In this document: positions 20,445 to 32,528 of the stretch, one piece after another
Layout of the letters: every line of letters starts with the position of its first letter
Numbering within the stretch: position 1 is the stretch's first letter
Assembly: GCA_963695855.1 (NCBI GenBank)
Contig: CAVOHZ010000010.1
Span: 416,001-480,000, forward strand
Source: an uncultured Nitrososphaerales archaeon
GTDB lineage: Archaea; Thermoproteota; Nitrososphaeria; Nitrososphaerales; Nitrososphaeraceae
DNA length: 64,000 nt
Direction: 5' to 3'
Program-made: the position numbers and the translations under genes
Notes under the pieces: model-generated
Told to the model about the DNA's origin: nothing
Seen by the model: only the letters and a program-made list of their open reading frames with translations
Databases searched by the model: none

Positions 20445-21707
20445 GAATCTTTTTCCAATATCATTTCTATAGTACTGATAATTGTGCCCCCAATGAATCA
20501 TTTTTACTGCTGAATAGGCATTTATTCTGGCTGCATTGAAATTCTCGCCTAATGCGGTAACACCTAAAATCCTGCCACCATTGGTGAGAACTTTATAATC
20601 CCTTAAAATAGTTCCTGCGTGAAATACCATAACATTATCATCAAATTTACTATCCAAACCATAAATTACATTCCCTGTTTCGTTCTTTATGGGATATCCT
20701 TTCTCTGCCATAACTACGCATATAGCAGGTTTTTCAGACCACTCAATGTCAGGTAATATATCCAAATTTTCATCAATTGAAGCATCAAGATATTCATATA
20801 AATCTGATTTCATACGCATCATTATAGGCTGGCATTCTGGGTCACCCATTCTTGCGTTAAATTCAAGAACATAGGGTTTAGATGTTTCCCTGTCTATCAT
20901 CACACCTGCATAAAGAAATCCTTTGAACGCATTGTTATGATTTTGCATTGAATTAATTGTCTTTTCCATAATATTTTTCATTATATCATTAAAGAGAACG
21001 TCATCAACTAGTGGCGAAGGAGAAAAACTACCCATTCCTCCGGTGTTAGGACCTTTATCATCATCATATATCCTCTTATGATCTTGACTGGTAGCAACAG
21101 GAATAATTTTTTTTCCATCAGAAATGCCAATGAAAGAAACTTCATTTCCATAAATCCTTTCTTCAATCACTACTTTATCCCCGGAATCTCCAAATTCTTT
21201 CTTGATCATGATTCTATTGATAGCATCTATAGCCTCGCTTTGAGAATCGCAAACGATCACACCTTTTCCAGCAGCTAGTCCATCTGCTTTGATGACCAAT
21301 TGTTTTTCAGTGTTACGTATGTATTCCATTGCATTTTCTGGATCTGTAAAGATTGAAAAATCTGTAGTAGGGATATTATTATTTTTCATGAATAGTTTTG
21401 CGAATGACTTACTTGATTCTAGCTGTGCTGCCTCTTTTGTTGGACCAAATATCTTAACACTGTTGGACAACTCATTAACTATTCCCTTTGTTAAAGGTTC
21501 TTCCGGACCAACTACAATCATACAATCGTTCTGTAATGCATACGATCTAATTTTTTCAAAATCACTAATTTTGAAATCTAGGTTTTTTGATGTCCCTCCA
21601 TTGCCAGGAGCGAAAAAAACATTTTGTACTGATTTGCTCTTGGAAAGTTTCCATCCCAATGCATGTTCTCTCCCTCCAGAACCAACGATCAATACGTTTT
21701 TGTTCAA
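20439..21707 (-). CDS. purD: Phosphoribosylamine-glycine ligase
   Basis: GSGGREHAL, KADGLAAGKGV, GPNTGGMG, EFNARMGDPE. Confidence 0.97.
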   Translation of the reverse strand: MNKNVLIVGSGGREHALGWKLSKSKSVQNVFFAPGNGGTSKNLDFKISDFEKIRSYALQNDCMIVVGPEEPLTKGIVNELSNSVKIFGPTKEAAQLESSKSFAKLFMKNNNIPTTDFSIFTDPENAMEYIRNTEKQLVIKADGLAAGKGVIVCDSQSEAIDAINRIMIKKEFGDSGDKVVIEERIYGNEVSFIGISDGKKIIPVATSQDHKRIYDDDKGPNTGGMGSFSPSPLVDDVLFNDIMKNIMEKTINSMQNHNNAFKGFLYAGVMIDRETSKPYVLEFNARMGDPECQPIMMRMKSDLYEYLDASIDENLDILPDIEWSEKPAICVVMAEKGYPIKNETGNVIYGLDSKFDDNVMVFHAGTILRDYKVLTNGGRILGVTALGENFNAARINAYSAVKMIHWGHNYQYYRNDIGKRFS

Positions 21708-22227
21708 TTATAGTTGGTAAATAGATCGCACATAATATTTCTTACATAATGATTTTTATAATTTTTCTATTAAAATTGAAATGATGAAATTTCAATTTCA
21801 TGATACACAAAAAAAAGATATTTAATGAAGAGGCAGGTTAACAATTGAAAAATATTAGTACCGAGTAAAAAACGTATGATTGCCATCAACTACAAAAAAT
21901 CTAGATGGTATTGACTTTTAAGAATGAAAGTAAGAAGTAGAAAGTAGAAAATTATACATTTAAAAATACTCATTTAAGTGTAGATTTAATTTTCACGATC
22001 CTTACTTTTTCCATAAGCTGTTCCTCAAAAGATGTCCAGAAAGCAAAGTAAATTGAAAATCATTACAAAAAAATCATTTTTCAGTCTGACGTGACAAAAG
22101 AGAGATAGCAAATACTCTTCAAAAGGAGATATAATCTTCTTATCTGTTCAAAATTAACATTTTTGATTGGTGTTATTCAGGATTATTTCAGTAAGACATT
22201 TAAAAATTTAAATAAAATTTTAATAAA

Positions 22228-22539
22228 TTATCTGCTTAAGGTATAGTTCCAAGATAGGACATCTTTGAGAAGGGATGTAAGAAAACCAACATATTCATCA
22301 TCTTGAAATTCTACCTTATCATATTCTTTTAATCTTAATGCCTCAGCCAATGATTTTAAATGGATACACCTATCCTTGCCAGAGAGAGTTTTAAAGAAAT
22401 AATATTTACAAGTACAATAATCTAAATCCAGATCTAACCAATATTCATTGTTCTTACTAACTATTGTCCAAATTTTTCTATTGCTTGGAAGAAAAATATG
22501 AAGTTTTATCCTACTGTACGAATTAACAGCATCTGTCAT
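22228..22539 (-). CDS. SWIM zinc-finger-like protein
   Basis: CTC..(13 aa)..CIH. Confidence 0.75.
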   Translation of the reverse strand: MTDAVNSYSRIKLHIFLPSNRKIWTIVSKNNEYWLDLDLDYCTCKYYFFKTLSGKDRCIHLKSLAEALRLKEYDKVEFQDDEYVGFLTSLLKDVLSWNYTLSR

Positions 22540-22586
22540 TTGAATATGATATATACAATTTTGACATGCCTAAAATTCCTTTTGAA

Positions 22587-23204
22587 TTACAAAATAATTA
22601 CTTTTCTACCTTCCACCTTTAATCTGTTTTCTGCAAATAACTTTACTGCCTGAGGATACAATTTATGTTCCAACTCTAATATCCTATTTGAAATATCTTC
22701 TTCAGAATCAGTTGTGTAAACATTAACTGCTTGTTGAAGAATAATTGGTCCCGTATCAACCTCATCATCAACAAAATGAACAGTACATCCGGACACTTTA
22801 ACACCGTAATCCAGTGCCTGTTTCTGTGCGTGTAATCCCTTAAATGAGGGTAGTAACGCTGGATGAACATTCATTATTCTAAATTTATATTCATTTACAA
22901 ATTCCGTACTAATAATTTTCATATATCCTGCAAGACAAATCAATCCATTTGATGGAAGAACATTATATGACCGTAATATTGATACTATCTCTTTATCATA
23001 ATCCCATCCTTTCTTCCCATTACCTAGAACAATTTCAGTAGGAATATTAAAATCATTTTTAGCGATTTCTAGTCCAATAGCATCTCCCCTGTTTGAGATA
23101 ACTACAATCGGGTTCACATTCTTTATATTGCCACTAAAGATAGAAGAAAGGATGGCCTTCATATTACTGCCCCTGCCAGAAATAATGATTGCGAGATTTA
23201 TCAT
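22587..23204 (-). CDS. purN: Phosphoribosylglycinamide formyltransferase
   Basis: SGRGSN, NVHPALLPSF.G, GCTVHFV..EVDTGPII. Confidence 0.97.
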   Translation of the reverse strand: MINLAIIISGRGSNMKAILSSIFSGNIKNVNPIVVISNRGDAIGLEIAKNDFNIPTEIVLGNGKKGWDYDKEIVSILRSYNVLPSNGLICLAGYMKIISTEFVNEYKFRIMNVHPALLPSFKGLHAQKQALDYGVKVSGCTVHFVDDEVDTGPIILQQAVNVYTTDSEEDISNRILELEHKLYPQAVKLFAENRLKVEGRKVIIL

Positions 23205-23486
23205 TATGTTTTGAGATTATAATTACTAGAAAATATATTAAAAGTTTCGAATTCAACAAATAAAATCAAAATGGAAAAAAATTGGGCAGTAAATTTGTAA
23301 AAACTTATTTTATTGAAATTTATGGGTAGAAATTATACACAATATATGTAAAGTAAAAATTATGAAGAGTCTTCTTAAGACTATAAATATTGAAAAATTC
23401 GCTTATATGCTATAAAGAATGTGAAATTGAAGTATTATTAATCGTAACAGAAATAAATGAATATTGATGTTACAGAACGTATTTAA

Positions 23487-24125
23487 TTGTCAAATAAATG
23501 GTTATCCTGGGTTCGGACAAACGATAAGGACATCCTTGACAGTTTGGAAAGTCAAGGTTCTAATCTTGTTAAGTCAACCACACTTTTAGTAGAAATTTTA
23601 ACCGATTACGAAAAATCTCTGGAAGAAAAAAAACAAAAAATAAGAGAATTAGAGCATACTGGGGATGAAATTTCACATCGGCTATTTACCATAATTTCCC
23701 AAACATTTGTGACTCCAATAGATAGAGAAGATATATCCAAACTTACCAGCTCTATAGACGAAGTTCTTGATTATGTTGATGGAATTTCTGAGAGATTTGT
23801 TCTTTTTAAGATAAAGAAACCGACACAATACATGATGGAATTGGGAAAAATCATTTTATCAGCTTCACAGGAGATATATATTTTAGTAACTATGTTAAAA
23901 AGAATAAAAGATCATCAAGAATTACGCAACCATTGTGCGAACATTAAGAAATATGAGCATGACGCAGATAAGATTTATAGAAAGGCGATTGCAGAATTGT
24001 TTGAAACGAATGATCCAATAGAGATTATCAAACTTAAAGAAGTGTATGATAACCTTGAAGAAACTCTTGATAAATGTCAGGATGTTGCAGATATCGTAGA
24101 GGATATCTCTTTGAAATACGGATAG
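23487..24125 (+). CDS. DUF47 / PhoU-like phosphate transport regulator
   Basis: LEH.GD, FVTPIDREDI; directly upstream of PiT. Confidence 0.9.
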   Translation: MSNKWLSWVRTNDKDILDSLESQGSNLVKSTTLLVEILTDYEKSLEEKKQKIRELEHTGDEISHRLFTIISQTFVTPIDREDISKLTSSIDEVLDYVDGISERFVLFKIKKPTQYMMELGKIILSASQEIYILVTMLKRIKDHQELRNHCANIKKYEHDADKIYRKAIAELFETNDPIEIIKLKEVYDNLEETLDKCQDVADIVEDISLKYG

Positions 24126-24161
24126 CTCATTTTGATCAAAAATGGTAGTTGCTGAATACTG

Positions 24162-25169
24162 ATGGTCGATAGCGGGATAGTGCTAGTATGTGGCATATTG
24201 ACAGCTTTATTCTTTGATTTTGTAAATGGATTTCACGATTCAGCAAATGCCATTGCAACAGTTGTAGGTACTCGTGTTCTTAAGCCAATTCAAGCAGTTT
24301 CTATGGCTGCTCTAGCTAACTTTGCAGGTCCTTTTGTATTCGGTACAGCAATTGCAGCTACGGTCGGAAAGGGAATAATACAAGCAGAATTTTCAACGTT
24401 TGAAGTAATTATTGCAGGTCTTATAGGAGCTATTGTATGGGATTTGTTAACCTGGTACTTTGGTTTGCCATCATCTAGCAGTCATGCCTTAATAGGAGGT
24501 TTAATCGGGTCTGCATTAGTGGCTGGTGGTATCCAAGCACTTGTCTTTGGCGGCATAGAAAAAGTACTTACTTTTATAGCAATTTCACCTATATTGGGAT
24601 TCATAGTTGCTTTATCCTTTGCAATAGTTATAATGTATTTTTTAAGGAAGTATCGACCAAATAAAATCAATAAGGTATTTGGAAAATTGCAGATCGTTTC
24701 TTCTGTATTCTTTTCACTTACTCATGGCGCAAATGATGGACAAAAAACAATGGGAATCATTACAGCATTACTAATTGCTGGCGGACTCTTAGATGCTAAA
24801 TCATTTGTTGTACCAACATGGGTTATTTTCATATCTGCCACAGCTATTGCCTTGGGGACGTTTCTAGGTGGCTGGCGAATAGTAAAGACTATGGCTTTCA
24901 GAATTACAGACCTAAAACCTTTCCAAGGATTTTGTGCTGAAACTGGAGGAGGAGTAATACTAACCACAATGGCATGGCTTGGAATTCCCGTCAGTACTAC
25001 GCATGCCATATCAGGTGCCATAATGGGTGTCGGTTCGACAAGAAGACTTTCTGCTGTAAGATGGGGTATTGGGAGAAGAATAGTCTATGCTTGGTTAATT
25101 ACTATTCCAGCTAGTGCAGCAGTTTCTGCAATTGTTTTAGTAATTATAAAAACTATTAGTGGAAATTAA
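24162..25169 (+). CDS. Inorganic phosphate transporter (PiT family)
   Basis: NGFHDSANA, PSSSSHA, HGANDGQK, PVSTTH. Confidence 0.95.
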   Translation: MVDSGIVLVCGILTALFFDFVNGFHDSANAIATVVGTRVLKPIQAVSMAALANFAGPFVFGTAIAATVGKGIIQAEFSTFEVIIAGLIGAIVWDLLTWYFGLPSSSSHALIGGLIGSALVAGGIQALVFGGIEKVLTFIAISPILGFIVALSFAIVIMYFLRKYRPNKINKVFGKLQIVSSVFFSLTHGANDGQKTMGIITALLIAGGLLDAKSFVVPTWVIFISATAIALGTFLGGWRIVKTMAFRITDLKPFQGFCAETGGGVILTTMAWLGIPVSTTHAISGAIMGVGSTRRLSAVRWGIGRRIVYAWLITIPASAAVSAIVLVIIKTISGN

Positions 25170-25199
25170 ATAGAATTTGCAAATATTGAAAACTAAAAA

Positions 25200-25397
25200 T
25201 TAGACTTGTTTTGGAAGACAGTTTTCACAGCATCTTTTTAGAAACAGAATGCCTTCGATATTACTGGAAATATACAAGTCGTACGAAGCTAATTCCTTTT
25301 TGCAGTTATCACAATGTATTACCTGCAGGCCTAGTATCGATTGTGAAATTGGTTTTATCTGCTTTATATCAGCGGCAAACGTTTCTTGATATTTCAT
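25200..25397 (-). CDS. Small zinc-ribbon protein
   Basis: CDNC...CCENC. Confidence 0.6.
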   Translation of the reverse strand: MKYQETFAADIKQIKPISQSILGLQVIHCDNCKKELASYDLYISSNIEGILFLKRCCENCLPKQV

Positions 25398-26161
25398 TCA
25401 TAGAATATAGCCACCCTCGTTTTAATATACTCTTTACATATAATCTATTTAGATATCGTAAACTATATAGAATAGCATAGATTTGTTCAGAAATCATGTT
25501 GTAACTTTCAATAATATTTGTCAAGTAAACTTTACCTCCTATAGAATTTTTTAACCGTAACTATGGGAAAGATTGTTTCATTGTCACACTAATATAACCT
25601 TTTTAACGAATGCTTTAAAGTGGAAAAAATAACAAATGACAATTTAGTAAATACAATATAAAATTTTAATAGATATTTTCTCCTTGTGTTGCTTCTCCTA
25701 ATAACAGTTTAAATTTAATGAGAAAACATGAAATAAAAATATAAAAAACAAATCTGCCCTAATTTTCTATTTATATATTGCTAAAAATTCAACCCTTCCA
25801 CTAAAATTCGTGTGACCCATAATTTTTAATATCTTTAAAAGATGTAATGTCTGAAACTCAGAGATTGGAGATTGAAAGTATAAATTAAAAATATCTAACT
25901 ACAAATGTATGTATCCTATTTCTTGTAAATATGATTATTTATTCGAATACCATATTCAGGAAGGGATTTTACGACTATAATTATCAGTACCAAACTAGTA
26001 GATCGTTTGACGTTTGCAGCTCATATTTTGCTTTTACAAAATTTCATTCTAAAATGTCTTACCCAAAGCACATAAAAATTCTTCGATTTTTTAGATATTT
26101 TCATAATATTTGAACAGCGAATCAATTTTCATCGAAAATAAATAGATGTTTATATCATGCC

Positions 26162-27295
26162 ATGAATGAAAAAACAATAATTAAAATAATAGATTTAAAA
26201 ATCCATAGTATGGTTTCTGGCGTGAAGTTTACTAGTGAAGGTCTCTCAATTGAAAATAGTAAATCAAAAATATTGCTAGATCCAACAAAAATCAATAATC
26301 ATGATTTTGTATTTGTTTCCCATGCTCATTCAGATCACGTTTATAGGAAACCAAAAAATAAAAAAAATATTCAAACTTTAGTTTCTCAAGAGACAGAAAT
26401 GATTGCAAATGCAAGAGGATATGATATTACTAATCCTATTTATGATAAAAAAGATTTTGAACTAATAGACACTGGTCACATATTAGGATCAAGAGGGTTA
26501 CTTGCCTATAACGATGTATATTACACAGGAGATATATCTTTAAGAAAAAGAGGATTTATGAACCCATCAAAGAAGATTCCCAAGGTCGACATATTAATAA
26601 TAGAATCTACATTTGGAAAAGCTGAGTATATTTTCCCTAACCCAAACGATATAATACATCGAACAAACAATATTATCTCAAATGCATATGAAAAGGGAAT
26701 TCCAGTTATCATTATGGGATACCCGCTTGGAAAGGCTCAGCTATTAATGGATTTTTTCAGTCATTGGGATCCTTTTTATGTATTTGATTCTATAGAGACA
26801 ATGAATTCTGTATATAGAGAAATGAATATTCCCTTAAGGGATGTTATAACTTATGGTAAAGCAGAAAAAAATAATTCTTTATCTAAAAAACCGTGGATAA
26901 TGTTATCATCATTAATGAACGGAAGAACAAAATTACTCAAAAATATTAAAGAAAAATATAAGGCTATCACTATAGGTTTTAGCGGTTGGGCATCTAATCC
27001 AAGTTATAAATATATGATGGATCTTGATTATGCCATGCCTTTAAGTGACCATTGTGATTACAAAGAACTTTTACATGTAGTTGAAAAGAGCGATCCAAAA
27101 AAAGTATTTACATTTCATGGTTTCGCAGATGAATTCGCTAGATCTTTAATAAATTTAGGATATAATGCCGAACCCATTAGGAATGGATATAGAAAAGTTA
27201 GTAACAGAGCAAATCAAAAGATAAAGGAAAATAAACATCTGAGATCAAAAATAACAGAAAAGAAAGATCGATCATTGGATTCATTTTTAAAATAA
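26162..27295 (+). CDS. MBL-fold/beta-CASP nuclease
   Basis: SHAHSDH, GHILGS, YTGD, ESTFG, SDHCD. Confidence 0.9.
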   Translation: MNEKTIIKIIDLKIHSMVSGVKFTSEGLSIENSKSKILLDPTKINNHDFVFVSHAHSDHVYRKPKNKKNIQTLVSQETEMIANARGYDITNPIYDKKDFELIDTGHILGSRGLLAYNDVYYTGDISLRKRGFMNPSKKIPKVDILIIESTFGKAEYIFPNPNDIIHRTNNIISNAYEKGIPVIIMGYPLGKAQLLMDFFSHWDPFYVFDSIETMNSVYREMNIPLRDVITYGKAEKNNSLSKKPWIMLSSLMNGRTKLLKNIKEKYKAITIGFSGWASNPSYKYMMDLDYAMPLSDHCDYKELLHVVEKSDPKKVFTFHGFADEFARSLINLGYNAEPIRNGYRKVSNRANQKIKENKHLRSKITEKKDRSLDSFLK

Positions 27296-27395
27296 AAAAT
27301 TTATTTTAAACTATACTTTTTAATAAAATAGATCTTGAATAGGCATTAATATCAGATAAAAAAGATGAAAATTATTAAAAAAGTGTAACCTTATT

Positions 27396-28478
27396 TTATT
27401 TCTTTTCCTGTTCTCTAAAGTATGGGATTACTTTTTTACCAAACATCTCAATATTTTTGAAATATCCATCACCCCAGAACCTGATAATGAAATGATTCAC
27501 TCCAGACTTAATAAAACGCTCTAGCATTTCAATTACATCATCAGGTTTACCCACTCCTATAGCAGTTCTCGCTATACTGTCTGGGATGGTTAATGCAGCC
27601 TTTTTCATTTGTTCCATAAGTTCTGGTTTATCCATCGTATATTCAGTAAAGTATTTTCGAAAATCAAATTCAGAATCCTGCTGAATATTATGAACTTTCA
27701 ATAATTCCGGTTTGTATAGACTTACTTTCACAGCATTTTTCATTTTATTCCATGCTTCTTCTCCATCTTCTGTAAAATAGATATCGACATCGTTTGCAAA
27801 TTGGAAATCAATCAAATCTCTACCAAAAGTTTTTGCATGTTCACGTATTACATCTGCATGAGCTTTAAATAATTCAGGAGTATACCCTATTGGAATCCAA
27901 CCATCACCATATTTAGCACATAATTCAAGCGTCTTTGGTGCCCCCGCAGCAATATAGATAGGAGGTCTTGGTTTTCGAATACTCCTAGCTTGCAAACAGG
28001 CATTAATTAGTCTATAATATTTACCTTCATAATCTACTCTATGATTTGGATCTGATTGAAAGAGCTTATCAATAAGTTCTAGTTGTTCCTTTAATTTGGT
28101 AACAGGTTTATTAAATTCAATCCCAAAATCAACAACATTCTGAGCTTCACCTGCACCAATACCAAGCATTCCTCTGCCATTAGTTATTCTATCCAGGGTT
28201 ACGGTTGCCAAAGCTATTGAAGACGGATGTCTTCTAATTGCATCTGTGACACATGTACCTAATTCAACTTTATTTGTTAATGCACCTATAGCTGCTAGCA
28301 TTAACCAAGCGTCATTTACAACTGCATTTTTCCATTGAGGAACGTTAGTGTGATCCATTGCCCATATGGAATCATAATCTAGTCTATCAGCCATCTGGCA
28401 TGCAGTAATAATTTGTGTTTCATCTAAGCCAAGTCTCGCTACATTGAGTCCTTGAGTAAAACCAAATTTTGTCCTCAT
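27396..28478 (-). CDS. LLM-class (probably F420-dependent) oxidoreductase
   Basis: WAMDH, LGIGAGE, PIYIAA, DGWIP. Confidence 0.9.
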   Translation of the reverse strand: MRTKFGFTQGLNVARLGLDETQIITACQMADRLDYDSIWAMDHTNVPQWKNAVVNDAWLMLAAIGALTNKVELGTCVTDAIRRHPSSIALATVTLDRITNGRGMLGIGAGEAQNVVDFGIEFNKPVTKLKEQLELIDKLFQSDPNHRVDYEGKYYRLINACLQARSIRKPRPPIYIAAGAPKTLELCAKYGDGWIPIGYTPELFKAHADVIREHAKTFGRDLIDFQFANDVDIYFTEDGEEAWNKMKNAVKVSLYKPELLKVHNIQQDSEFDFRKYFTEYTMDKPELMEQMKKAALTIPDSIARTAIGVGKPDDVIEMLERFIKSGVNHFIIRFWGDGYFKNIEMFGKKVIPYFREQEKK

Positions 28479-28912
28479 GATTATATTATCTCCCCGCTTT
28501 TCAAGATATTAAAGATTACTAAAAAGTTGTTGACAACCACAATTGTTGAAAAGAACTTCAACCATATTTATGCATTTTCAAATAGAATAGAAAAAAATAT
28601 ATTAAAATATGAATAAATTTCAAATATCAATTGAATTGTTATAAAATTTATACTATAAAAGCAAGGGGAATTTTGTAAAATAGTCCGAAAAAATGTCAAG
28701 AACATAACACAATAATGCAAAAAAATAAAGTTAGAAAAAAGTACATTACAAAAATATAACAAATTAAAAATGTTTATCGGGTGTGATTTTTATCTAAATG
28801 GTTCAAATTGCTGGTATTAAGAAAATTTAATTTATTTGATTAAACGATTTTTATTATTTAAAAGGTACCAGAATAACATTAAGTTATATATAAGATAGTA
28901 ATAAGAATCGAT

Positions 28913-29335
28913 ATGTCTTACAAAATAAAAGGCATCTCAATATTGGTTTCTGATACTAAAAAATCTTTAGAATTTTACAAGAATGTCTTGGGAATAAATG
29001 TAAATCAAATAGATGACAATAGAATAGAATTTTCGTATAAAGGATCAGACAGTATCAACTTTGTGTTAGAAAATAAAAATTCAGAAGAAAACAAAAACAC
29101 TCAGCTCTCGGACAATGGAAACATAATGATAACGTTTCTCATCAATAATTTTGATGAAATTCACAATAATCTCATTCAAAAAAATGCTAAAATTCATAGT
29201 AAAGCAACACAAGGAGAAAATTCAAAAAATGTCATAGTAATGGATCCTGATGGCTATCTGATCTCACTCGTTGAGACCATTCCAAAAGATGAATTCCGAC
29301 AAATACCATATTACCATGGTTTTGCTCCAGATTAA
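28913..29335 (+). CDS. VOC/glyoxalase family protein
   Basis: VSD..KSLEFY..VLG and DPDGY. Confidence 0.88.
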   Translation: MSYKIKGISILVSDTKKSLEFYKNVLGINVNQIDDNRIEFSYKGSDSINFVLENKNSEENKNTQLSDNGNIMITFLINNFDEIHNNLIQKNAKIHSKATQGENSKNVIVMDPDGYLISLVETIPKDEFRQIPYYHGFAPD

Positions 29336-29568
29336 TCATATTTTTGATTATTATTTAATTCTTCAATAAGATGATAAAATTTTTTTATAATATTTTTAGA
29401 TGTTAAAACATTTGAAAAATATGTTTAACTAGCTGTGTTAAATAACAACAATAAAAAGAAAACAGGCGCAAGCAGTGATATAAATATCTGTTTATTAAAA
29501 AATCACTAAACAAGAAAGATATTGTTCAAGTAATCAAGAACAATCGTAGTTTGTTATATTTTTCAAAC

Positions 29569-31050
29569 CTATTTACTTTGGTTCAAATTAGAATTATCCT
29601 TATTTCTGTCAGTTAGCTCTTTTAGCATATCATAAAATTTTTCAATTAGTATTGTATATTGATCTTTAGTTATTTTTCCTCTAATGAATTCATGTTTAAT
29701 AATCTCTATAGCATTCTTAACATTATGTATCGATTCAGGGACATTATTTTCATCATAATTTTTATAAATTTTTCGAAGGTAGCTGCTGGCGACACGCTTT
29801 TTATTGTAATCATTAACCAGACGCGAAACCGATGGAATGAATATAGTAAAGAGAGCTGTTAAAATAACTGCTATATAACTAGCGGGGATTTCAGGCAACG
29901 AAAATAAGAATGGGGAAGATTTTTGGACATTCAAACTCAAATAAAGAATTTTTGAATAATTATGTACTTGAGTTAATGGACTAGTTTGATTATAATCAAG
30001 ACTTTGTGAGTCGAGGATACTATAGGATAAATTTAATGGTACAATATAATTTTTAAAGTCGATTTTTGGATCTATATTAAAATCAACCGGTATTGACCCC
30101 GATCCGCCAAATAAGTTTAGTTTGTTTCCCTGAGGGAAGTTTATATTAATTTCCTTCGGATAAGTTTTATTAGATATATTCACATCTACAAAGAGATCGT
30201 TATTGGATGTACTGTTGAAAATTAAAATATCAGAATGTTTTCCAGGATATACATTTATGACTTTATTGCCAATTGACAGCCCTGGAACAGGAAAATGAAG
30301 CTGTCCAACGGTATCCATTAGCTTGTAATACTTCGATTTTGCCCCTAATTGAAGTAATATAGAATAACTGTTTGGATAATTCATTTGTTTTAAATCAATT
30401 ATGACCTTAATTCCGTCAGGAATAAAGGACAAATATTTATAATCAGCGGCTGAACTAAAAAATAATGGTTCGTAATTATAGTCAATTATTTCGTACCCAG
30501 CAATTGTCCAATTAAAGTAATCAAATGATTCTGTGAATTCAAACTCAATAGGATGTGAAGTATTTTGAAAATCTTGATCGGATACTAGACCGTAGTCATA
30601 TAGCGATTTGCCTGTACCTGTTGTATTTGATTTTAAATCTAAATTCTTATTTTCTAATGTTTTTGAATTATTGTCATTTATTAAGTATCTATAATCATAT
30701 CCTAAAAACCCCGTATCAACATCATCATCCGAATTTATCAAAACGTTAATGAAAAATTCGTTTGAGTTATTGTTCTTTAAAAATTGAAACACTTCTGAAG
30801 GTAAATCTTCGGAAAATATCTTCATCTCTAAATGAGTTCCGTTACTTGAGATTGAAGCAGTTTCTATGTTAACCAGTGATTTAATTCTTGAAAGTTCACT
30901 ATCGTCTGTTAAATTTTCATCTAATACTGTTACATCACTAGTTTTATCCTGAATTATCGTTCTACTGAATGTTGGAGAAATTGCATAGATATCAGAGGTA
31001 TAAAACACAAAAAATATGCTAATCAAAAGAAAACAGATCAAATGATTCAA
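29569..31050 (-). CDS. Membrane-anchored extracellular hypothetical protein
   Basis: Signal peptide, Asn-rich body, C-terminal TM and cytoplasmic tail. Confidence 0.8.
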   Translation of the reverse strand: MNHLICFLLISIFFVFYTSDIYAISPTFSRTIIQDKTSDVTVLDENLTDDSELSRIKSLVNIETASISSNGTHLEMKIFSEDLPSEVFQFLKNNNSNEFFINVLINSDDDVDTGFLGYDYRYLINDNNSKTLENKNLDLKSNTTGTGKSLYDYGLVSDQDFQNTSHPIEFEFTESFDYFNWTIAGYEIIDYNYEPLFFSSAADYKYLSFIPDGIKVIIDLKQMNYPNSYSILLQLGAKSKYYKLMDTVGQLHFPVPGLSIGNKVINVYPGKHSDILIFNSTSNNDLFVDVNISNKTYPKEININFPQGNKLNLFGGSGSIPVDFNIDPKIDFKNYIVPLNLSYSILDSQSLDYNQTSPLTQVHNYSKILYLSLNVQKSSPFLFSLPEIPASYIAVILTALFTIFIPSVSRLVNDYNKKRVASSYLRKIYKNYDENNVPESIHNVKNAIEIIKHEFIRGKITKDQYTILIEKFYDMLKELTDRNKDNSNLNQSK

Positions 31051-31147
31051 TTATTTCATTAGATTATCATCCTTTTATAATTTTTATTTTGAAGATCAAT
31101 GTTTAGAAAGTCGACAAAGTTTTATAATAAATTGTATTGGTAAATTT

Positions 31148-31654
31148 ATGAAAATAATAGTATTAACAATTGGAGCTCTAATTTTGTTTCTCGGCACATT
31201 CTCGCCCTTAAATTTCAATAGCCTCATTTTTGCACAAGATGAAGAATTAGGAAATGAAAAATCGACCGTAAGTTTGATGACCAATACGCACAGTATAGAA
31301 TCTATTTCAAGCTATTCAAGTATAGTTGATTTTGCCACTAATTTCACAGTTACAGGACCCAATAGTAATATAATCAACGAGACAGATTTAATAAAAAACA
31401 CAATAATAGATAATTTTAATAAGTCACCTACAGTAGGATATATAAAAATTCAAAATGGCACTGATCATGCAAACAATACTACTTTATCAAACCCGTTTGC
31501 AAATAAAGAACAAATAGATGATAAGATTTCAATCGAATTCGATAAGGCTATAAAAGAATCTGAAAATTCAGACACTGTATCAGGGATAATAAATTGTGAG
31601 TTTCGTATGTATTTAGCTAATTTTCGATGTTCTTTTTCCGAATTGCTCGAGTAA
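31148..31654 (+). CDS. Secreted hypothetical protein
   Basis: Signal peptide ending FAQ; C-terminal Cys pair. Confidence 0.75.
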   Translation: MKIIVLTIGALILFLGTFSPLNFNSLIFAQDEELGNEKSTVSLMTNTHSIESISSYSSIVDFATNFTVTGPNSNIINETDLIKNTIIDNFNKSPTVGYIKIQNGTDHANNTTLSNPFANKEQIDDKISIEFDKAIKESENSDTVSGIINCEFRMYLANFRCSFSELLE

Positions 31655-32528
31655 TCTGGTTCAAATTACATATTTTTTGTATCTTTTTTTGAAAACTTCT
31701 CTAAACGATAATAGAATGTTTTATTGCCTCAGATAAATTTTATTATTCGAACGATTTGTTAAGTTTTCCAAATTTACACCATATCATCAAGATGACAAGC
31801 AGTGATTCTATAATCAAACGTAGATCAACTGGCATAACTTATTAAATGAATTCTTATTGGATATCATATACAATGAAATGAAAAATTTGCAAGATATGAG
31901 TAATAATTACTGCTTATAATGCTTTATGTTATCCATTGTTGGGGATACTTTAATTTCTTTGTTTGACTTCAAGCGTACTTTTCCAGATATTCATATGCCA
32001 GCAAGGTACCTCTTTAAACAGTCCTCCTGCAAAATATATGGACCCCGCCAAAAAATCAAATATCCAGAAAACAATAAGCTAAAAAAACCATTCGAACCAA
32101 CCTTCACTACATAATCACGTGGTTTTCCTGTTATTGAAAAATGAATATCATTTAGTGAACCAGCTATTACTTTAACAGGTCTCTTTTCTGTTATGATACT
32201 TAAAAACATTGCATTATTTAACTCTCCTATGAACTCCGTAAGAATTTGTAAATTTGCTTGATCTTGAATTTCCCCTTTTATAGAATTATATAATTTGTTT
32301 ATGTCTGTATGAGGACCTTTGTAATGTTGAACTTTAACCTTCTTTTTATTGCTGTCCCTGTCCTATTAACACACTGCAAATAAGTACTTTTATTAAATAA
32401 ACACGGCAGTATAACTAAATATGTGATGATAATATTATTTTCGTCTTCAAAAATTATATTTATTCTTTTATACGTAATAGAATCAAATTTCAGTAAATAT
32501 TAAATATATCTTTGGTCATATAAAAATA

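Noticed and set aside
31926-32340. ORFs 31926..32114 and 31991..32209
   Set aside because: No convincing motif; probably decayed mobile DNA
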